64,000 bases of DNA from Azolla caroliniana (GCA_043228905.1 JBHGNT010000001.1:4402001-4466000); one strand, 5' to 3'. Positions 41,401 to 55,961 are shown, counted from the stretch's first letter. Notes: generated by a model not told the origin, from the sequence alone. Program-made: numbers and translations.

Positions 41401-44400
41401 TTAGGTGAACAAAATGGTGGAGTGAATCTGCACTGCTTTATAACATTGGAGACTGCAAAGAGGAAGCCGAGTTTTAGAGTCTCGATACTTGTAGGCATTA
41501 TTGCAAGAAGGTTCAGCACACTTCTCCCTTGCAGGAGGATAACTGACCAAAGGCACAACATCATAAGAAATTTCATCAGTTTGTATCTGAATTGATGGAA
41601 CTTCAGCTTCAACATGTAAAAGGAACTGTAATCATAGGGAGGGTTTACCAGCATGGTGCTGGAAAAATTCTCAACATCTCCACATCTTTTGAAAAAGATA
41701 CAACGTTGCCTGATGGACCCATGACCCACCGTATAGTGTTGACTGGAGGAGCTCCCAATGCCGCCTGCTTTCCCTGAAGACAAATTGTGGACATATTATA
41801 CAAAAACAGCAGCCAGTTTCTCTGCAAAGTCTTTCAGGTCGGCGGTTATTACATTCCTTAAGACATACAGAACAGCGCAGGCAATGTCCAGCTTGGTGTG
41901 ATGTGCTTCAATGGATGGAAATTTCTATTAATGACCAATGCGAGAAACACATTGCAACATTAGTTGAATGGACATTTCTGAGTTTCTGTTACTTTTTGGC
42001 ATGTGGGCGTACACATATATTGAGAAGTTGTATTTAGCCCTTTGGCAAGTGCATGCATCTCAGTTTGAAGAGCAATTAAGGAGTGAAGTGAAATTCAAGT
42101 GTGAATGCAATTGAATGTTAAAAAAAGCCTTGTCATTGAAGGCAACCATAGTTGCAACAATGTTAAGAATCAACCTCCACGTGTGAATGTACGTACACTT
42201 AGGAGGTAAGGAGGTTACGGGGTCCCGTTAACACTCCACATGTTACCATAAGGAGTATTTAAGTTGAGAGGCAGCTTGGGAACACACCACTGGTTATGGG
42301 GTTGTGGAGTCCTGTTGATTTTGACCTTAACCTCACGAAATTATTCTTAAATTGAGGTGAGCTTAACAGAGCCGTGTTGACCACCAATCTGCAAGAGAAT
42401 TCATCGATGGAGGGAGTTGAGAATGTCAAGTTAATCTCCAGCATGCAAGGATACTACCCTTAGTTGCAGGGAAGGTTAAGGAGTCCTACTAATCTCCAGC
42501 GTTGGAAAGCATCTTTAGTTAGAGTCAGTCAATTTATGAGCACTAGGGTGGAGTTGATGGACATATGGCCCCACTTATGAGCACTAGGATTCACATCCAG
42601 AAGTCAAAAGATAAGTATGTCATGTTACTTGCAAAGAAAAGAAGGGATTTGTATCATGCAACAACACTAGTTACCTTTTCCATCTCTTGTCTCATCTTCA
42701 AACATTTCTCTTCCCGCCTCTTCCTCGATGAGTCCTGACCCAAGATTTTCTGTATAGCATTGGCCTGTGTATATACATTTTCTTCAGGAAAAAATACTTT
42801 ACGATCAAGAAATAAATCACCAATACAAACTCGATTTTAATATTAATGTGACCTGTATAACTTTAACATTCCTCTCCAATTCTTGTTTCCTCCTCCTGGC
42901 AGCCAGTTCCTTCTTAATAACCTGCTCTGATTCATTTATACCTTCCTCAAGCTCTGCAAACGAGCAAAAAAGTGAGTTTGGAAAACATTCGAGGCATTCT
43001 TCTGTAATCATGAATCAAAAGCTAATAGGCAAAAGACATTTTGGAAGAGGGGCCTACGTTTTGGCAAAGGATTTGATGATACATGAAGAAGATGTAGATT
43101 TGAAAATTCCGGAAAAATGTCTTCCTTGCAAATAATTTCAAATGCATTAGTAGAAAGATGCTTTCCAACTGAATCCGTCATATCCCTTTGTGCCTTATAA
43201 ACATTGTTGGCTTGATCTAGTTCCATATTGGCATGCTGATCATTATATTTGCATTTCTTCTCCAAACTTTCCCTAATCTCCAACGTTCCTTCTGTATTAT
43301 CATCACCATCAAATGAGCATTTCTTTGGCATCGAGCTGCTTTTGCAAACAACATGAAATTGTGAACTTTCTATATCATTTATATTGGTTGGTTTGGATTC
43401 CACTCTTTCTGATGTATCATCCTACATGTAGAATCACCATCACCATTCAAAATGAAAATCAATAGACCAATTTCTTCTCGCAGATCATGAAGATAATGCC
43501 AGAGTAGATGCAGAACCAAGGTTCTAAGATTGCTTCTATCACTTTCTTAGAGAATTGAAAGACTTTAAAATTCACCAGCCTATGTATTATATAACTCCCA
43601 AGACGTTTTAGACATTTTCCCATGACATGATAAGGCTTCCATTTTTCTCGTGTTTCATTCTGATGATTAACAATAGGAGCTAGGTATCTAGGAGCCTTTG
43701 CCCACCATGGCTCTGCGTATTGATGCTCATAGTGCTAGGTACTAAAAAACAATGTAGGGAAAATAATGGGTAAATTCCTAGGAAGTCTCCTGTTATATAC
43801 AAACCAGCATGTATACATATATAGCCTATATATACTATATAGAGATAGATCTATAAATATATATACATACGTACATAGGTATGTATTTATGTGTAAGAAT
43901 ATTCAACACAAACATTGAAAATGAAAACCCTACTTTAACCTGAAGAATATGCTTCAGAAAGGAATTTTGTAACTTACTGTACGCATAAGCCGCTGCCTCC
44001 TTGTCAAACATAACGACTGCCTCAGAGAAGCTTCTCTTACATGCAAATTTGACTCATTGCGATAAAAAACCGTACTTTTACTTTCAAGCTTTCTTTTCTT
44101 GTTACCAATACTGGACAGACCTTTTTGCCGGTGTAGGGCTTTGATGTGTTCTTCTTTTCCTTTTCTTTTTCCTTTTCCTTTTCTTTTCGGTTCTCGATCC
44201 TTGGAATGACAAAATTGATTGTAACCATCATTGAGAGAACCTGCAGATAATGCCACTCTAAGAGCATCATTTCGTTCCATGTATTCACCATCATTACACA
44301 TGGTGACCTTCATTCCCTTTTTGAAACCTAGTTTGGGCACCAACTGTTCCTCTAGCCTACGTTGGAAAATAGTTCTTACTTTATTAGAAGAGGATCCACT

Positions 44401-44610
44401 GTAAGAAAAATCATTATCTCGTGAATGCCTTCTCTTATGTAAACTTGCTGTATCATGATTCTGACTCCTATCAATGGCATTCCTTGATAGACATGAGTTT
44501 TTCCTGGTGGTCAATGGAAAAGGTACAAATAAAGGACGACCCAAGCGTGGCATCCGACCCAATCGGCTACGGGGTTGTCGGTGGGCAGCCATTGAATGAA
44601 CCTTCTCCAT
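41401..44610 (-). CDS. INO80B: INO80 complex subunit B / PAPA-1-like with zf-HIT, 6 exons, ~484 aa
   Basis: Exons 44610-43978, 43421-43058, 42953-42853, 42764-42675, 41773-41649, 41542-41401. Motifs LTRRQR, ESEQVIKKELAARRRK, NAIQKILGQDSSRKRRE, TIRWVMGPSG, YPPAREKCAEPSCNNAYKYRDSKTRLPLCSLQCYKA. Start codon uncertain. Confidence 0.88.
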
Positions 44611-44995
44611 ATCTATGGAAACACGCCCTAAACTACAATTGTTCTCGTTAGCTAAGAAATGTCACTGTATCCATGGAAAGAATCTCTGAACTCGGTACTT
44701 GATGAATGCTCGGTCATTGAAAGAACCTTCTCCATATCTATGGAAACACGCCCAAAACTACAATTATTCTTGTTAGTTAAGGAATGACACTCACCCTCTA
44801 AACTCGTTACTTGATGAATCCCCATTTTCATCAGCCATAAAAGCACACCCAAAGTCTGGTCTGTTCCTGTTCCTTAATGAATGAGCATTCTTCCTATCAG
44901 CAAGCGCACCTTAAACTTCTCTGTTCTTGTCACGTGATGAATGAACCTTCTTCGCCTCCATACAAGCACGTCTTTAACTGTTCTGGTTCTTCCCT
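44593..44995. repeat. Degenerate ~60-bp repeats plus a 125-bp duplication over the INO80B start/leader
   Basis: gaaccttctccatatctatggaaacacgccc.aaactacaatt at ~44598 and ~44723; related tgaatga.c.ttctt units at ~44878 and ~44938. Confidence 0.75.
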
Positions 44996-46701
44996 GTCAA
45001 TAAATACGACCCATCAAAAAGCCCGATACCCGTCATCATCAAGAAACCATTAAAGCATGGTCATCGTCATAAGAAGAAACCCCTGATTGCAACATGAAAC
45101 CGCCCAAGAAATGGGATGCAAAATGAAAGGGCAAATTTTGGCGCTAACAAGAAGAATCTTTAAGATGCTGCAGAAATGTTCTTTCACTCATATGCGCGCG
45201 CACACACACTCCCTCTCCCGTGAAATTGAGGGAGATCCCAAGTTCGATTCTCGCCATGGGTCACCATGAGGCAGTGAATCTCGTCTCATTACTATTAAGA
45301 TCAAATTTCACTCACCAATAAACCTCTATCTGATCTCTAAGTATGTACATATCCGTCTCTCCCAGAGTTATCAATAACCAACACCCCTAGTCTCAAACCC
45401 CGACTGCCCATCGAATTTTGCCTTTGTTTTCAGTTTCTTGTATGGTGTGTTCCGAAATCGCGGGATTGTATGTTTTCTCTCTAAGTTCGAACCATATAAA
45501 CTCGCGTCTTAGAACCTTGTTCAACAAATATAGTTCGTTGAATGACGAGAAGGAAATGCACCATAGTTGAGGTTTATAGGTTATGATAGTTGTCAAATTA
45601 ACAATTAGGATCAATCGAGGTGAAAAGGAGACACAATCTCTCATGTCATGTTCACCATACAAACCAACATCCAAACAATGACGTGCATAATCGGGCACAT
45701 GAGCATCCCCTATATATCGATAGTTAAAAGTTAGGTTTGAACGTTTGTCCTATACATGTTTACATCTCTTGCTCCATACATGTCCTCTGTAAACATCAAT
45801 GACTTTTATGACTTCGTTATTTTTGAAGAAATTTGTTGCTCGTGAAGTGATAACTAGTTTTTCCGACTTCCAAGGTCTACCTCACATCTAGGCTAATTTA
45901 AGTTGCAATTCTTCTTGTTCGAGTTTGTTTTAAGTTATTTAGTTGCAATGCTAAGGGTACACAATACTTGTCACCTTACAAATAGCATAACATGTTGTGT
46001 CGTGCAACCAAACAAGTTATGCAAATCTGTATTGAGCTTTATTGCATCAAATCTTAACGATTTTAACTAAATCAAGGAAGTATACCAATTTGCCAGAGAT
46101 TTGTAGTTAGCTTGATCCAGGTGTAGATTGTTTTTGGCTTATGTGACTCAACCATGTCATTTTGCCTTGATTGTTTGTTATGTGTGTTTTATGGCATAAT
46201 AATTCTCAACGTGAAATAGCATGTCCGAAGGACGAAAGACATATGTCAACAAGATTGGGGTGAAATGAAACATCATCAACGGAGACACAACTTCTTAGAA
46301 TCATGGCACATAAGCGAGCGGGGATACATTGCGAAGTGGGCATGTGGCATAAATTGGTTCTCCTCGATTGATGATGACGCCAAGGGCAGTTTGAATGAAT
46401 GTTAAGGACCGGTTCCACGGAACAAGTGGAAGCAGAAACGAGAGCTTGACCCAGGAAAAATAAGGTCACATGATCCAACAATGGAGATCGATTGGGGATG
46501 GAAGTGTTACGCCGAATGTGGCCGAATCTGAGTGACAAAACACAAGTGGAGGTCCTGTGGCCGTGGGTTACAGTCTTACAGACTCTACAGTGTGGATGTA
46601 TCTGAAGATCATCATCTGCATGTGAACATGTGAGCGATCTCAAACAGACCATACATAATTATTCCGTCACTCTGTTCTGGTCACGCACCGAGCCATCATT
46701 C

Positions 46702-49700
46702 ATGGGTTCCATTCCACATCTCAGCACAAGCTATGGCCTCAACATATGCAGAGGAGCCATGCCTTGCTCTAACGGATACGGGAACAACACCTCTGTTTTA
46801 CCCTATTTGCTTTCATTATCCTCTTTACACCACAATTCTTCCAAGCTTAGTATATACAAGAGTTATCTTCAGTTCGCCCCCTTGCAGATAAAAGACAAGA
46901 TTATTTGCAGATCTTCAATTACCAGTCATTCTGCCCCATTTCTCCAAAATGGTATGTAAAAAGTACCCCGGGGTGAAATTCTTAATCAGAGTCATAGATG
47001 TGTTTTTTCTTTCTTCACCTTGAGGATAACAAAACTTGCATCAAGTGTGTTGGTTGTCATAATGTGAAATAAAAATAATGTTTTTTGTTCATTGCAACGT
47101 GAATAAAAGGATTTTAGTATATATTTTGTTGCCAAGGAAGGAATATGGTTTTCTTTGTCAATCTCGATAATTGCAATTCTTGGATCATTATTCTTGTGGT
47201 AGTGTGAATATGAAAGGTATTTCTTTGTTATAAAGTGAATGAAAGGGCCGGTTTTTATTATAGATTTTGTTGCAAAGGATGGAATAGATCCTTTATCTCC
47301 TGTTGAGGAAGCTGCAATAGCGGGTTCATTGCCAGAAATCCATCCAGAGAGTGAATCAACTGTTAGCTTTACCGTTGTTGGTGCGTCAGGAGATCTAGCT
47401 AAGAAGAAGATATTTCCAGCTTTATTTGCTCTGTATTATGAAGGCTGTCTTCCAGAGGTATCATCGGCACTCGGGCTTAATACATTGATGGAATGGATTT
47501 AATGAATAAATTGCACATACACATGATTGTTCATGATGGTGGATGTCATTACCATGTTTATTAAGAAACAATACACTGATTGAATCAAATGGACAAATGA
47601 GTATTTATGCACACATCCATGATGTTTCATGATTAGATCAATGGAGTGCCATCTGATAAATGAACATATTATGCATATGATATTGAATGATGAAAGCTGC
47701 TTCCAAAGGGATCAAATATAAATTGATGGAATAAATATGATAAATCAATAGAAATACACATATCATATTGCAAAATGAATGAAGGCAGTAAGCTCAAATA
47801 AAATGAAGTGATCTTAGCATTCCATATAACCAAGCAATGATTCTTCATATTTATGTTCTTAAGCTATTTTCATTTTACTTGGCTAGCATTTTACTATTTT
47901 TGGCTATGCTCGAAGTAAAATGACTGATGCAGAACTTCGAGATATGATAAGTGGAACATTGACATGCAGAATCGATCAGAGGTGATTTCTTCTCATTTAT
48001 TTAATTTTCTTCTTTATGATTAATTTTCTTGTTTTTGATATAAATTGCCTCATATTTCCATCTCAGTGAGAATTGCGAAGATAAAATGGAAAATTTCCTA
48101 AAGCGATGCTTCTATCAGTCTGGCCAATACAATTCCGAGGAAGATTTTAGGGCACTGGATGCGAAATTGAAGGTCCATGAGGTACTGGTTGAGCTGGCTG
48201 GGCCTTTTGTCCTTTCCGATTGATACATGTTGTGTTTCACATACACTGGCACTGTTGTACGTGATGATGTATATTGACCCAACAATCAAAGATAATTAGA
48301 AATGCAGCAGGGTGTTGTTATTTATATTTCTCGTTAATATCAATTAATCATTTGAATCACCAATGTAATCTGCTGCATTAGATTATTTTTATTGTAATTA
48401 CAACTTAAGAGTGGATAGAATCTTGAATTACCATGAGTAGCAAACATGAAGAGTGGATAGAATCTTGTATATTAGATTTTGTACAGGGATCTGCGTTTGT
48501 ATGAGATCTATTGTACTGGAATTGAATGCTGTATATCTGGGATTGAGCATCAAAATAGTGAAGCTGGAAAAGATATGTATTTGGGATTGAAGACTTAAAA
48601 AAAAGTACTGGAGCTAAAAGTGATGTACTTCCACCATTTGAATCTACTCATCAACGAGCAAACATGACAGCCATGCTCCATAAAGGAGAGATTGCAGAAC
48701 CAAAGTCAGTATAATGACATTGTAATGCCACTGCATAGACATTGTAAGAAGGTATAGATTAAGTAATGAGGTTAGAACTTTATAAACCATAATAGTTTCT
48801 ACCTAGGTTGGATGGAGATGTGCACTCCCTTCTTTCATAGGAACCTCCATGTTACATCCGAGTCTCTGTTGGAGCATTCTTAATCCAAAGCATCCCTAGG
48901 TAGTCCTCACTGAAACCTGCTCCAAAGAGGTGTTTTTATCTCTCATAGATATATTTAAGCAATCCTTTGAATACTGCCTCAACATCTGTGACCTAATACA
49001 ATTGAGAAACCTCATATGGCATTCAGGACTGGTTCTATACGTACCAAGATGCATTTGTGATCAACAATGTGTTTGTCCAAATGTTTTTGGCCTCCCCATA
49101 GTACTTTCTTGGGAGTATACGTCCTACAATTGGCATAGCAAGCTAATAAGATGATTTTATTGAAAAATAACCTCTTGTCTTGACCTAGAGATCCATTAGC
49201 AGACATTTATTTTATCGGCCACTGCTGTCACATATCTGTTGTTTCTATTGTCTATCTCACTGACAATCATTGCCCCACAATCTATTTTAATTTGACGATC
49301 TATTTTACTTGGTGTTTCTCATCTATATGTTTTGTATTTCCATTTTTTATTAGCACATTGTTTCCATTCCTATTTCAACTTTGTATGTCTTCATTACTAT
49401 GGGCATGCAAGTTGGATGACGTGAGCAACATTCCATTGGTTATTTTGTCGTAATAATTAATAATGATAATGTGATTCTGACATTGGTGCAGGGAAGTCGA
49501 CTTGCAAATAGACTATTCTACTTGTCAATTCCACCCAATATTTTTATTGATGTTGCAAGGTGTGCTAGCCGAACTTCTTCATCAAATGGTTGGACTCGAG
49601 TGATTGTAGAGAAGCCATTCGGAAGGGATTACGAATCGTCTGCACAGCTCACAAATGGTTTGAAACAGTATCTCACAGAAGAACAGATTTACAGGTTAGT

Positions 49701-51740
49701 ATTTGGAATTAATTGTGTATTTTCTTTCCTCTTGATAGTTTTGGAATTCTCACACCATTATCTCATATTTCTAGGATTGACCATTACCTGGGAAAAGAGC
49801 TGGTTGAGAACTTGTCGGTATTGAGGTTTTCTAATCTTGTCTTTGAACCTCTATGGTCACGTCAGTATATTCGGAATGTTCAATTTCTGTTCTCGGAAGA
49901 TTTTGGAACAGAAGGCCGAGGAGGGTATGCAGCTTCTTGCTTTATTTAATTGCATCACCACTAAACTCAGAACCGTTCTAACATGTGCACATAAAAATAT
50001 TTCAGGTATTTTGATCACTATGGCATTATACGTGACATCATGCAGAACCACTTGTTGCAGATTTTGGCCCTTTTTGCCATGGAGCCACCTGTCAGTCTTG
50101 ATGCAGAAGATATCAGGAATGAAAAGGTAATACTAAATACAGCATAATGCTTTGTATGCTTGACACAAAAACCTGCATCTACCTTTTGGCCAACACAAAT
50201 TGTTCCACTTTTCCATCTAATGTAGTCAATTCTCAGGTATAACCACATTGGTTTTTCCTTTCTTTCTAACTGTCCAAATTCTTTCAATTTCCATCAAGTG
50301 TGTTTAATTTCTTCATATCTTGCTCTTTTATTAAGGGTTGGAAGGTTCAAATATGACATTTCTAATAAAGAGGTTGGTAGGACAGAATAAATAACTTTAG
50401 ATAGTGTAAGTGATTGCATTCCTAGTTCCTCTTGATCATGTATAATACAGTGCGGTTTCTAAAGAAATCTTTGTTAAAAGAGGACTTAACATTTCTATAC
50501 AGGTCAAGGTCCTTCGATCAATGAGGATTTTACATCTGGAAGATGTTGTTATTGGACAGTATAAAAGCCATGTAAGGGGAGGTGTCAAATATCCTGGATA
50601 TACAGATGATAAGACCGTTCCTTCTAACAGTATTACCCCGACCTTTGCTGCAGCAGCATTGTTTATTGACAATGCGCGGTGGGATGGTGTACCCTTTCTG
50701 ATGAAAGCTGGAAAAGCCTTGCATAATAGAAGGTATAGTGCTGTGGCATGGAAAAGCCTTTGCAACATTATATATATTATTTAGCGTACATTGAAAATTT
50801 AGCAAAGAATCTCATCTTTGGAGCAGATGGGAATTGATAATGAATAGGGATTATTTAGAATCTAGGGTTAACGGAGGGGACAGGGATTGATAATGTCTAT
50901 GAGTTTGTTGATGTGTTCTTTTCTGGCCATATTTGTGGTTCATGTATTAAACAAATATTCTTTCTCATCTATTTTCAGGGCAGAGATCAGGGTTCAATTC
51001 CGGCATGTACCTGGCAATTTATACAAGAGGAGTTTTGGAACAGACTTGGATCAGGCTACGAATGAACTTGTTATCCGAGTGCAACCCGATGAGGCAATCT
51101 ATTTGAAGATCAATAACAAAATACCAGGATTGGGGATGAGATTGGATCGGAGCAACCTAAACTTGCATTACGCGGATAGGTAGGTTTAACTCTGAAGGCA
51201 TGCTCTAACTGAATCCAAGTTAGGCACTGCTTGCAAAGCAGTCCTAATAGGGGAAAAACATGAAAATACCTCTTTTAACTTTTTTGGAAAGAGATACCAC
51301 AAGACCCTACCCTTGATTTGCAAGAATGACCAGAATACCCCGCAGTTTTTCAAAATTGTACTACTAGAAAGCGGGGTTATTCCTGGTAGATATCTAAAAA
51401 GCTGTGGGTATTTTTTTTCTTTTCATAAATGTTCTGGATTGATGACCTACCTAAAATAACAGAATATACATGCTTATCTTGTAGGTACTCAAGAGAGATA
51501 CCAGATGCATATGAGAGACTATTGTTAGATGCGATCGAAGGTGAACGACGACTCTTCATTCGAAGTGATGAACTCGATGCAGCGTGGGCCATTTTTACCC
51601 CACTACTGAAGGAGCTCGAAACACGGAAAGTAGCCCCCGAATTATATCCTTATGGAAGCCGTGGTCCGATTGGAGCGCACTATTTGGCAGCTAAACACAA
51701 TGTGAGATGGGGGGATATGAATGTAGAATCGAAAGCTTAA
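46702..51740 (+). CDS. G6PD: Plastidic glucose-6-phosphate 1-dehydrogenase, 10 exons, ~604 aa
   Basis: Exons 46702-46951, 47264-47457, 47887-47981, 48067-48181, 49492-49694, 49775-49924, 50006-50126, 50503-50732, 50979-51179, 51485-51740. Motifs [10 protein letters not shown], redox pair [33 protein letters not shown]; Ser-rich transit peptide. Confidence 0.97.
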
Positions 51741-51852
51741 ATTCTTCACGCATTATGCTAACTGGCCTATTGAATCAGAAGCCTAAATCGTCATATGCGT
51801 TATGCTAACCGATCTGTAAAATCTAAAGCTTACAATCTTCATGTATTATGCA
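51727..51852. repeat. Degenerate ~46-bp triplication spanning the G6PD stop codon
   Basis: aatcgaaagcttaaattcttcacgcattatgc / aatcagaagcctaaatcgtcatatgcgttatgc / aatctaaagcttacaatcttcatgtattatgc. Confidence 0.7.
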
Positions 51853-53169
51853 AAAAAACCGTTTCCCTCGATACCAGATCTTTAGAATCATAGCATATTG
51901 GAGGAGATGCTTGCTTTAATTAAGATGAAATAATTGGCAAGACTAATATTTTAAACAAACACCAAGAAGTGCAATGATGTTCTACTTGCACTTCAGCGGA
52001 ACCCATGTTCTTGATAAGATAAATTGTGCTCTAACTTCAATTTCCATTTCCATATGTTGCGCTCTTATTTTACCAATAATTGAACATAAAAACTTTCCGA
52101 AGATAGGGAACTTATTTCAAAGTTCAATGATTAGTAGTAAAGAACAATTTTTATTAGGAAATAAACTTTTCTTTTGTATCATGCCAAAATATATGTTTCT
52201 AGCTTTATGGATTTATGGCATGCCAATTATATTTTCTATCATATTGAATTGTATGGCTTCCTAGCTTTTTATTGTCTGATTTATAATTTTTTAATCCACC
52301 AAATTTCTCCATCAAAACACGTGATTTGTGTGTGAACCCCCCTTGCCTCTCTCTCTCTCTAACAGAGATTTACTTGTTGCTATGTGAATTGCAAAAAAAG
52401 CCTTTGACATTGTAATTTGTATTGTGTGCTATGGCTCATGTAGTAGCTAGAAGCCCTTGCCGTAGATATGCAATAGGGAATCTATGCATTGTATAAATTT
52501 GTGTTAATAAGGTACTCTCCCTATGGGTGTCACATTATAAAGACAAGAACAATGTTAGAATAAATGGCAACAAGATTATTCTCGTATAAAGACAAGAAAA
52601 GTGTTAGAATAATTCCTTGAGACTAATGTACCAAATACTCCAATGGTGCTATTTTGAAAAGTGGTGTATGATAATTTGTGAAACAAAACATCTATAAAGG
52701 TTCTAATTAAAGAGCAAGGTTAAGGATATGGTCACGACATTACTTATTCACCTTGTGCATGAATAGATTCAGTAAAACTCAAGTGTGGAAGGGTCATATG
52801 CACCATGCATAATTGAATGTTTCAATGATCCATGATGAGCTTTCTAAAACAAGCCATTGATAAACATAAAATTTGATCTTGTCTTCATTTCAAATAGCTA
52901 GGAAGCATATATCCTCTTTTGCCTCTTTCCAATTTCATTGCACATTTCGGACTATAGGACGAAGGCTAATTTCATTACACAATCAGTTGTTTCTCGTGTA
53001 CATATATAGGGGAGGCTTTTGGCCACATATCTAGTTTCTCAAAACCCGTCCATTCAGCTTTAGGTATTCCAAGAAATCAGAAGCCTAGTTTTGTAATTGT
53101 CTGGTTATATTTGAATTTTGAAGTTGCTTTGCTAGTAGGTACGAGAGAAGACTTCAGCTGAGCGATGAC

Positions 53170-55773
53170 ATGATCAGTAGAAGAGGTTCGACGAGAGAAG
53201 GTTTCTTCACTCTCCATGGTATCGTAAATAAACTCTGCAGAGAAAACCATCTCACCTTAGCATTAGAATCCATTGATCTTCTCACGGAGGCAGGAATCCT
53301 CATTTCCCGAGATGTCCTGCATACTCTACTTCATCAATGCTTCCAAAAGAAGGACCTAAAAGATGCTAAACACATTCATCACCTCATTCAAAGAAATGGG
53401 TTCTTCTCTGTTCCTCTGTTTACAGATCAAATAATTCGGCTTTTCACAATATGTGGTAGTTTGTCACATGCCCATCAAGCCTTCCTGCATGCCTCAAAAA
53501 TCACCAAATTTACATGGCATGCCATCATCTATGCATATATCAAATTCGGCTACAACTACGAAGCTATGGATATGTATGCGAAGATGCAGACGGATGGTAT
53601 CATGCCTGATAAACATATGTTTTCATGCATGCTTACAGCATGTGGCTCATTAGGAGCATTGCCACATTGTCAGATTTTACATATCCAGATTACAATGATG
53701 ATGGCAGAATCTGAGTGTTCGAAACCAGAAATGTTACACAAAGGTAGGAAATCTTTCATTTAGATTTATCATATATGTTGTATGTTAACAAACAAATATC
53801 TCAAAAGTTGAAAGTTTTTATTCTGGAACATCTCAAAATCTGGATGCATCCATACTTCAATTTGAAAATGTAATGGTGATTTTTTGAATAAATATAACCT
53901 TCACCCAGAGTTGTTGAAAATTATTGTGTATCGACAAACAAATGTCTTGATTATTTGAAGTTTTCTATTCAAACAAAGCTCAAATTTTGTTGGTGTATGT
54001 GCCATCAATTTCAAAATTTTAAGATGATTTACAATAATGAAATGAAAAATTATGCTAAACTTGGGTTTCTTTCTTAACGTGGTGGCAGAGATTTTTATAG
54101 ATTCAACTCTTAGAAACAACATGATTGACACATATATGAAATGTGGTTCTGTTGAGGATGCCAAGAACTTGTTTGAAAATTCAACTGACCATGATAGATT
54201 TACTTGGGGAATTATGATCTCAGGATATGCTCAGCATGGATATGCTGTAATGTCTCTTGAGCTTTTCAGTAATCTGCAACGGAGAGGCATTAAGCCAGAC
54301 AAATACATGTTTTCTGGTGTTTTAAAAGCTTGTGGCAGTTTAGGAGACATAGAGAAAGCACGATTCACACATGAACAGTTTTTAAAAGACGGACTGAAAA
54401 CTGAAACAATTGTCTGCAGTGCCCTAGTTGATATGTATATAAAATGTGGTAACTTGCAAGATGCACATAAAGTATTCCAAGATTTGCCTGAACGTGATGT
54501 TGTTTTATGGAGCTCAGTGATCGGTGGATATATTGAGCATGGTTTCTACACTGTTGCTCTTGATCTTTTTCATCAGATGCAAAGTGAGGAAATTGAACCT
54601 GACAAGGTTATTTTGATGTATATAATCAAGGCATCCAGCAGGATAGCAAGCAAAAGACTTAGTAATGTAATATATAGTCAAATAGTTGAAAGTGGATTAG
54701 AAACTGACAAGGTAATAGGAGGTGGACTTATTGACATGTATTGTAAATGTAGTAACATAAAGGAGGCTCAAAACATATTTGATCATATGAAGAATCAGGA
54801 TCATGTGTCGTGGGTCACGATGATGGGAGGTTACACAGAGCATGGGCATAGCCTTTCTTCCTTGGAGCTTTTAGAGAGGATGCAACAAGAAGGTATACAG
54901 ATTTGTAGAGTTGCACTCATATGTAGTTTAAAAGCATGCTCGATGTTAAAAGCTATGAAAGAAGGACGATGGCTTCATGACCGGATTGTCAGAGATGGAC
55001 ATGAATCAGATATTGCTGTAAATTGCACCATTATGGATTTGTATGTCAAATCTGAAGGGCTGAATGAGGCGCACAATGTGTTCCATGGATCTCTTCTTTT
55101 CTGTGATAATGTATCATGGAATGTTATGCTTGGGGCATATGTTCACCATTCTGAATACCTATCTGCACTACATCTCTTTGACAAAATGACACAAAAAAGT
55201 ATTTTTCCCAATGAAGCCACACTGTTGCATGTGCTGAAAGCATGTGCTTCTCTAGGAAGTGTTGAACTAGGAAAAATGGTACATGATCACATCCTTAGGT
55301 CTGGAAGTGAGTCATATGAAACTGTTGAAAACAAGCTTCTTCATATTTATGCTGATTCTGGAAATTTTGATGAAGCACATATGATCTTCAGTTCATTGAC
55401 TGACAAAGATGCGGTGTCTTGGGGTACAATGATTGCAGCTTATTCAAAGCATGGTAAGTACAGTATGGCCATGAGATCCTTTGAGGAGATGCAACAGAAA
55501 GGTATAAAGCCAAATCATGTGATATTTACAAGTCTTCTTGCAGTATGTAGTCATTCAGGTCTATTAGAGAAGGGTTATGAGTATTTCAAGTCTATGACAC
55601 AAATGCACAAAATAACTGCAAACACAGAACTATACAACTGCATGACTGATCTTCTTGTTCGAATTGGGCATTTTGATGAGGCATGCGACATAGTCCTGAC
55701 TCTTCAAGCTCCGCCAGATGCAATCATGCAAACATCTCTCCTTGCAAGCTGTAAAACATATGGGAAAAAATGA
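53170..55773 (+). CDS. PLS-class pentatricopeptide repeat protein ending in a partial E domain (no DYW), 2 exons, ~748 aa
   Basis: Exons 53170-53743 and 54101-55773 (AAAG|gtagga, tttttatag|AT, phase 1). Repeated P-L-S triplets (LVDMYIKCG, SWNVMLGAY, VLKACG), then LLAVCSHSGLLEKG and TSLLASCKTYG. Confidence 0.92.
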
Positions 55774-55961
55774 GCATTGCATTAGAATGTTCAGGAATTT
55801 TGGCATAATAATGACAGCAAGACGTTCACCTTAATTCCACTTTGCACAAATTTTTCTCCAGCTTTGCGTACGATCCTCTTACTTGGTACTAAATGATGAA
55901 CCAATGCTGGTCACTTTTGGAAATTAGAAACATTTGGTTTTTCTATGATCTGAACTAATAA

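Noticed and set aside
48780-49200. Possible TE fragment in the long G6PD intron
   Set aside because: Composition differs, but no motif or boundary that I can support
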